In this document: piece after piece, positions 53,764 through 64,000 of the stretch
How the letters are laid out: each line of letters opens with the position of its first letter
How positions within the stretch are numbered: the stretch's first letter is position 1
NCBI RefSeq assembly: GCF_009914755.1
Contig: NC_060927.1
From: the human T2T-CHM13v2.0 reference genome, Homo sapiens
Length of the DNA: 64,000 nt
Direction: 5' to 3' (one strand)
The notes under the pieces: generated by a model
The model's database searches: none
Told to the model about the DNA's origin: nothing
The model's input: the letters and a program-made list of their open reading frames with translations, nothing else
Position numbers and translations under genes: made by a program

Positions 53764-54504
53764 AGCAAGCATTAATGTGGATAATGCAAAAAGACAGATA
53801 ATCCTCCTGGGGATCATCTTGCTAGTGCAGAATCTGAGTCCTTTGGGCAGAGATACTTCAGCAAAAGAAAAGGAGGCAAACAAAATGATGAGAGCAAGAT
53901 GGCCCAAGCAGATGCTAAACCAAACGGTGAAGTAAGCAAATTGCTCTTCAGTGACCTTGTACTTAACCTAGGGGCACACATTTCCTCCTTTTGATGTTAT
54001 CTAAAGTACAGAATTGAAACAGGAGGAATCAAAGAATAAACTAGGTGAAGGAAACTGGATAAATTTTCAGCTGCTTTTATATCATAGCTTTATAATAAGA
54101 TAATTATTTTGTGAAAAGTATGGAATTTTCCAGAAAAATCACAGATACTACAAAAATAAATACAAAAAAATTATGTTAAACATAAACTTATAAAGTGTTT
54201 TTTTTTTGTTTTTTGTTTTTTGGTTTTTTTTAACTAACTATGGCATTGTCATTGTTGTTACTCATCAGGATGGTTACAACTCTCAAGAAAGGGAAAGGTT
54301 CTAATACTTTACCCTCTTTGATATCTTCTCGTGTAGTATACTTTTATACAGAATATGCCTGATAAATTTGACTTCTGACTGTCATATATTTGCTTATTCA
54401 ATTTAAGATATTTATTGGGCTCCTATTCTATGCCAAGCAAGGCACTAGATATTTTACAAATGTTATCTGTGATCCTAATATTAGTCCTGCGAGGAAGGTA
54501 CTCT

Positions 54505-54818
54505 TTTTCTTTTTGTTTTTGTTTGTTTGTTTGTTTTTGAGATGGAGTCTCGCACTGTAGCCCGGGCTGGAGTGCAGTGGTGCCATCTCGGCTCACTGCA
54601 ACCTCCACTTCCCGGGTTCAAGCGATTCTCCTGCCTCAACCTCCTGAGTAGCTGGGGTTACAGGCACCTGCCACCACACCCAGCTAATTTTTTGTATTTT
54701 TAGTAGAGACGGGGTTTCACCATGTTGGCCAGGCTGGTCTCGAACTCCTGACCTCGTGATTCGCCCTCCTCGGCCTCCCAAAGTGCTGGGATTACAGGCA
54801 TGAGCCACCGTGCCTGCC
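54505..54818 (-). mobile_element. AluS
   Basis: Reverse-complement Alu. Confidence 0.95.
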
Positions 54819-55265
54819 TGGAAGGTACTATTTTTCATAGTTGACACAGTAGAAAACTGAGGCTCAGGAAAATTAAGTAGGTTGCCCAGAGTTATGGAAC
54901 TAGTTAATGGCAATCAGTATTCAAATTCATGTCTTTCTGATTCCAAAGCATGCAATTTTTTCACTTTGCTTCCGGGAAAATAAACATAATAGTTAACATT
55001 TATTGAGTACCATGTGCCAGGCAGTGTGCTAGGTGCTATACATACATTAGTTTTCATCTTTACAGAAGTTACAAGCTTTTTTGGGGACACACAGATAACA
55101 AATGAGTTCAATAAATTGGATGATGAATTGGTTGAGCACTGGGTGAACAAACCACAGGACATATTCCCTCTCTAAAAGGCAAAGTTGCTTCTTAGCTCCA
55201 TTTACCACAGCAGGCCCGATGTGGCATGGTCTTCCCACTTTTTCAAGAAAGGTAAGAAATCCAAA

Positions 55266-55303
55266 GTGTGTGTGTGTGTGTGTGTGTGCACGTGCGTGTG
55301 TGT
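55266..55303. repeat. (TG)n microsatellite, interrupted
   Basis: Direct reading. Confidence 0.9.
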
Positions 55304-55836
55304 ACTAATTTTAAAATGATGGTAGCAAGTCCAAAATCTGTTTAAACAAAATAAAACACAGTGTGAAACAAGCAAAACACATCTACATGACACACTCAAG
55401 TAGCAGGCCACTAGTTTATGAATCCAATTTTATAGCCACCCTGAAAAGTAGGTATTACTGTCTCCATTTTACAGATGAGAAAAATAAGCTCGGTGATACA
55501 ATAAGTAAATATTGAGGTCAGGGATGATCCCAGATCTGCCCAATATCACCAAAAGTCTACAATCTTATCATTATCATGTAACCTGTACCTGAATCTGGTT
55601 TATTTCCATTTCTTTTTTAAAAAAATCCTGGGTTGCATTTAAAAAGGTATCAAACAGTATCAAACAAAAAGAATCCAGCCCAATGGGACTACAAAGGCAC
55701 CTCTATAGGAGGCAGCTATGGAGAAAAAGTTGTACGTACTTACATATTTTAAGCTTTTGTTTTTAAACAAGAGTTACTTTAGCAAAATACTTCTTTTAGC
55801 CATATAATTCTGAGCTTGGGAATTAATTCTACTTAC

Positions 55837-56015
55837 CATTCATTTTCTTTTCTATATTTTGAAGCTATGTCATTTAATAATATGTTTGCAAAGGCTTTTG
55901 CTTTATTTGTCAGGCCTGTCTTCAAATCTTCACAATCCAAACGCACCATAGTGTAATGAATCCACTGAGGCAAAAGCATTATTTCTGAGGCAAGACTGAG
56001 AAATTTTTCTATAAA
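55837..56015 (-). CDS. DNAH12: Dynein HC exon A (tail; FIEKFLSLASEIMLL...KYRKENE)
   Basis: ttttttcaag acceptor, TG|gtaagt donor, 179 nt, phase 0 to 2, open; not in the ORF track. Confidence 0.88.
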
Positions 56016-56512
56016 CTTGAAAAAAAGTGTTCAAATGAAAAAAAAAATGTTTAGAACTTTCAGTGATTTTATAATATTGTATTGTTATGAAAGTCCTAAT
56101 TATATAAATACAACTTTATTTCTTTTTTGCTAAGTGACTAAAATTTTTTCCCTTGTTGCATACATATTTTTTTCACCTATTCTTTCATTAAGGAATTTGT
56201 CAATATACCAGTAAATATCCAATACGATACCATTCACAGTATCAAAATCTGAACATATCACACGGTAAAATTTCCCTCAATAATTATTTTTTAAAATTAT
56301 CCCCAGAGTCAACCCATTTCTCTGTTTAGAAACAAACTTATATCATGTAACAATTTGCATAGTGGATAAATATTTGCTTTTGCCATTACTGATAGCTCAT
56401 TAAAGATTCTATTTTTTTCACTTTACGTCCACATGGTCAAGGATTCTAATTCAACCTTTAGGAAAAATACATATATATAAGGAACTTATTGGTTTTTGTC
56501 AAAATACTCCAA

Positions 56513-59361
<2,849 letters not shown>

Positions 59362-59527
59362 CTTTAATGAAACATATACTTGGTCTTGATATTTAGGACT
59401 TATAGACACTACAGGTTATACCCAGACCACAAAAAATTTAGTTGGTAATTCATAGAACATTTATTGTGTCTATTCTCTGCATAGCACTATATTGAGATAT
59501 ATGGTAAAATACAAATTAAAGAGAATA

Positions 59528-59840
59528 CAGTTGGCCCTCTGTATCCATGGGTTCCATATCTGCAGAATCAACTAACAGCAGATTGAAAATATTTGAAAAA
59601 AGCCATAAAAATAACAATAAAATAATTCAAATAAAAGACAATACAGTATAACTCTTTATATAGCATTTATATTGCATTAGGTATTAGAAGTAATCTAGAG
59701 ATAGTTTAAAGTATACTGGAGGATGTGCATAAATTATATGCAAATACTATACCATTTTATATGAGACTTGAGCATCTGCAGATTTTGATATCTATACAGG
59801 GGTCCTAGAACAAATACCTGCAGCTACCAAAAGACAACTA
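59528..59840. mobile_element. MER2 (TcMar-Tigger) DNA element
   Basis: TA|CAGTTGGCCCTCTGTATCC start, GTAATCTAGAGAT core, GACAACTA|TA end. Confidence 0.85.
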
Positions 59841-59990
59841 TATACCATCCCTGAATTTGTGAAAGTAATAATGCATTTATGCATTCACAAAATAGTTTCA
59901 TGAACCCATAAAAACCAAATAAGGTAAAAAGTATGCATATTAGAAAAAAACACATAGTCGTCTCAATAGCTGCCAAAAAAGCATTAAACA

Positions 59991-60120
59991 AACTGGTGTA
60001 AAGGTAGTGAGTTATCTCATTTGATTGTTCACAGTCAATCACAGATCAAACTGCTTGTTCTACTCTTTCCCCTTTCTCATTATTGGGTACTTGACCAGTC
60101 AAAAAAAAAAAAAAAAAAAA
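59991..60120 (+). pseudogene. Y1 RNA (RNY1) processed retrocopy with A20 tail
   Basis: AAGGTAGTGAGTTATCTCATTTGATTGTTCACAGTC...CTTGACCAGTC matches recalled hY1; TSD AAAAGCATT(A/T)AAC. Confidence 0.9.
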
Positions 60121-60282
60121 GCATTTAACGAAACCCAACACTCTTTCATGGTAAAAACACAAACTAGGAATAGAAGATAACATCCTCAACTTTCATAAGG
60201 CATGTCTAGGAAAAACCTACAACTAATATTATACTTAATGATGAAAAAATGAACATTTCCCTCTAAGATCAAGAACAAGATA

Positions 60283-61914
<1,632 letters not shown>

Positions 61915-62337
61915 ATATACATATATTTACATATTTTGTATATATTATATATATTTTTATGTATTTATATAATATATAAATATATAAATATTTCTTTCAA
62001 AGTTGTTATACCATTTACAGTCTCACCAGATTATATCTGCTGGTGAGATTATATATAAATATATGAATATTTTTATATATTTATATATTATTTTATATAT
62101 TTTTATATATTTATATATTTTTAATCCTTGATTTTATATATATTTATATATTTATATATATTTTAAAAAATGTATTTATATATTTTATAAATATATATTT
62201 TTAAAATATATTTTTATATATAAATTTTATAAATATATTTCTATATTTATATATATTTTATACTATTTTATCTATTTATATATTTATATATTTTAATCCC
62301 TGATTTTATATATATTATATATATATAAGATCAGGGA
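61915..62337. repeat. AT-rich low-complexity tract with internal inverted segments
   Basis: Direct reading. Confidence 0.85.
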
Positions 62338-62424
62338 CTTAAAAGGTTATTTTATAATAATAAAGAATGTTCATCAAGAAAACATAACAATCCTAAATAT
62401 CTATGTATCCAAAACCAGAAATTC

Positions 62425-62655
62425 AATAGCCTGTGGCAAACCGAATCCTGTCAATGACCACTTGAGTGAACTTGGAATCATTCTGCCCCCAGTCAAACCT
62501 TCATGAGAACATAGCCCCAACTGACAGCTTGACTGCAACTTTATGAGAGACCTTGAGCCACAGGGACTCAGCTGATCCAAGGCTGGATTCCTGACCCACA
62601 GATACTATGAGATAATAAAGTCTGGTATTTTAAGGCACTAAATTTTGGGGGTAAT
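62425..62655 (+). mobile_element. MLT1 (MaLR) LTR fragment
   Basis: TTCCTGACCCACAGATACTATGAGATAATAAA ... TTTAAGGCACTAAATTTTGGGG. Confidence 0.7.
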
Positions 62656-63970
62656 TCAAGTTTATCCCAGGAAAACAACATTGGGTTAATATTTGAACAT
62701 CAATAAATATAATTCAAAATATTAACAGAAAAAAGAGAAAATCCATATGATCAATTAAATATATGCCAAAAAATACTTGACAAAATTCAGCGCCCTCCCA
62801 TGATAAAAACTCTTGGCAAACTTGGAATAGAAGGGAATTTCATCCACATGATAAAGGGCATCTACCAAAAACCCTACTCTTAATGTATTTAATGACGAAA
62901 ATCTGAATATATTTCCCATAAGACCATAAACACAGCAAGGATGCCCTATGTCACTGCTGCTATTCAGCACTGTACTGTAAATAAAAATTGCTATTAAAAA
63001 TACTATTTATGGCCAGGCGCAGTGGCTCATGCCTGTAATCCCAGTACTTCGGGAGGCCAAGGTGGGCGGATCACCTGAGGTCAGGAGTTCAAGACCAGCC
63101 TGGCCAACATGGCAAAACCCTGTCTCTACTAAAAATACAAAAATTAGTTGGGTGTGGTGGCACGCTCCTGTAATCCCAGCTACTCAGGAGGCTGAGACAG
63201 GAGAATTGCTTGAACTCAGGAGGCAGAGGTTGCGGTGAGCCGAGATCTTGCCATTGCACTACAGCCTAGGCAACAAGAGTGAAACTCTGTCTCAAAAAAA
63301 AAAAATGCTATTTATAAGAAAATCAAGTAAACCAGAAACATTTTAAGGGACAGATTTAGGAAAATATTTGCAAGAGCTGTACAATGCAAACTATAACTAC
63401 ATTGCTGAGCGAAATTAAAGAAGGTTCAAATAAATTTAAATACACACTATGGTCATGTATTGAAAGCTTCTATTTCAAGATGGCAGTTCTTTCCAAATTG
63501 ATTCAGAGATTCAATGGAATCCTAACCAAAATCCTAGCTGGCTTCTTTAGGAATTGATAGGTTGATTTTAAAATGTATATGGAAATGCAAAGCACCTAGA
63601 ACAGTCAAAATAATTTTGGAAAAAGGACAAAGTGGGAGAACTTGCACTACTTGATTTTACAATTTACCATTGAACTACAGAAATCAAGGCAGCATGGTAC
63701 TGGCATAAGAACAGATACATAAATCAATGGAAAATAGAGAATCCAGAAATAGACCCACAGATATAGGGTCAATTGATTTTCAACAAAGATGGCAAGATAA
63801 TTCAATGAGTACAAGATAGTATTTTTGATATATGATGCTGGGGCAGCTGGATGTCCACATGAAAAACACCTGAACAGTGACCCATATCCCACACCACATA
63901 CAAAAGTTAACTTACAATGGGTCATAGACCTAAATGTGAAAGCTACAACTATAAAACTTCTAGACAATCA
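62656..63970 (+). mobile_element. Old L1M ORF2 remnant with AluS at 63011-63305
   Basis: GCATGGTACTGGCATAAGAACAGA and other ORF2 motifs. Confidence 0.8.
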
Positions 63971-64000
63971 CATGTGTTGTTTAGGAATTCTAAGAAAAGC

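Noticed and set aside
53542-53935. Lys/Glu/Arg-rich and Phe/Ser/Leu-rich ORFs
   Set aside because: Translations of the GA-rich simple repeat.

Overview
Primate (most likely human) genomic DNA, not microbial. The window is an internal 56-kb stretch of an axonemal dynein heavy chain gene on the minus strand, recognised as DNAH12. I traced 20 coding exons by hand from 56015 down to position 1. All junctions are GT-AG and phase-compatible, giving 3479 nt (about 1159 aa) with no internal stop. They cover distal tail, linker, all of AAA1 ([15 protein letters not shown]) and the start of AAA2, whose P-loop is degenerate (GEPFAAKT). The introns are dominated by retroelements: about 45 Alu/FLAM copies, a full-length but inactivated L1PA4/5-type element with target-site duplication (TSD) and short 3' transduction, older L1 pieces, a solo ERV9 LTR12C in gene-sense orientation just upstream of the AAA1 exons, MaLR/ERV1 LTRs, MER DNA transposons, and retrocopies of U13 snoRNA and Y1 RNA. 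I found no new multi-gene system. The least explained structures are a perfect 62-bp inverted repeat in apparently unique intronic sequence (33792-34427), a 44-bp direct duplication around a filler, and a fold-back AT-rich tract. Two retroelement promoters point into downstream DNAH12 exons. Family and subfamily names come from recalled consensus sequences, not from a database search; repeat boundaries are approximate.
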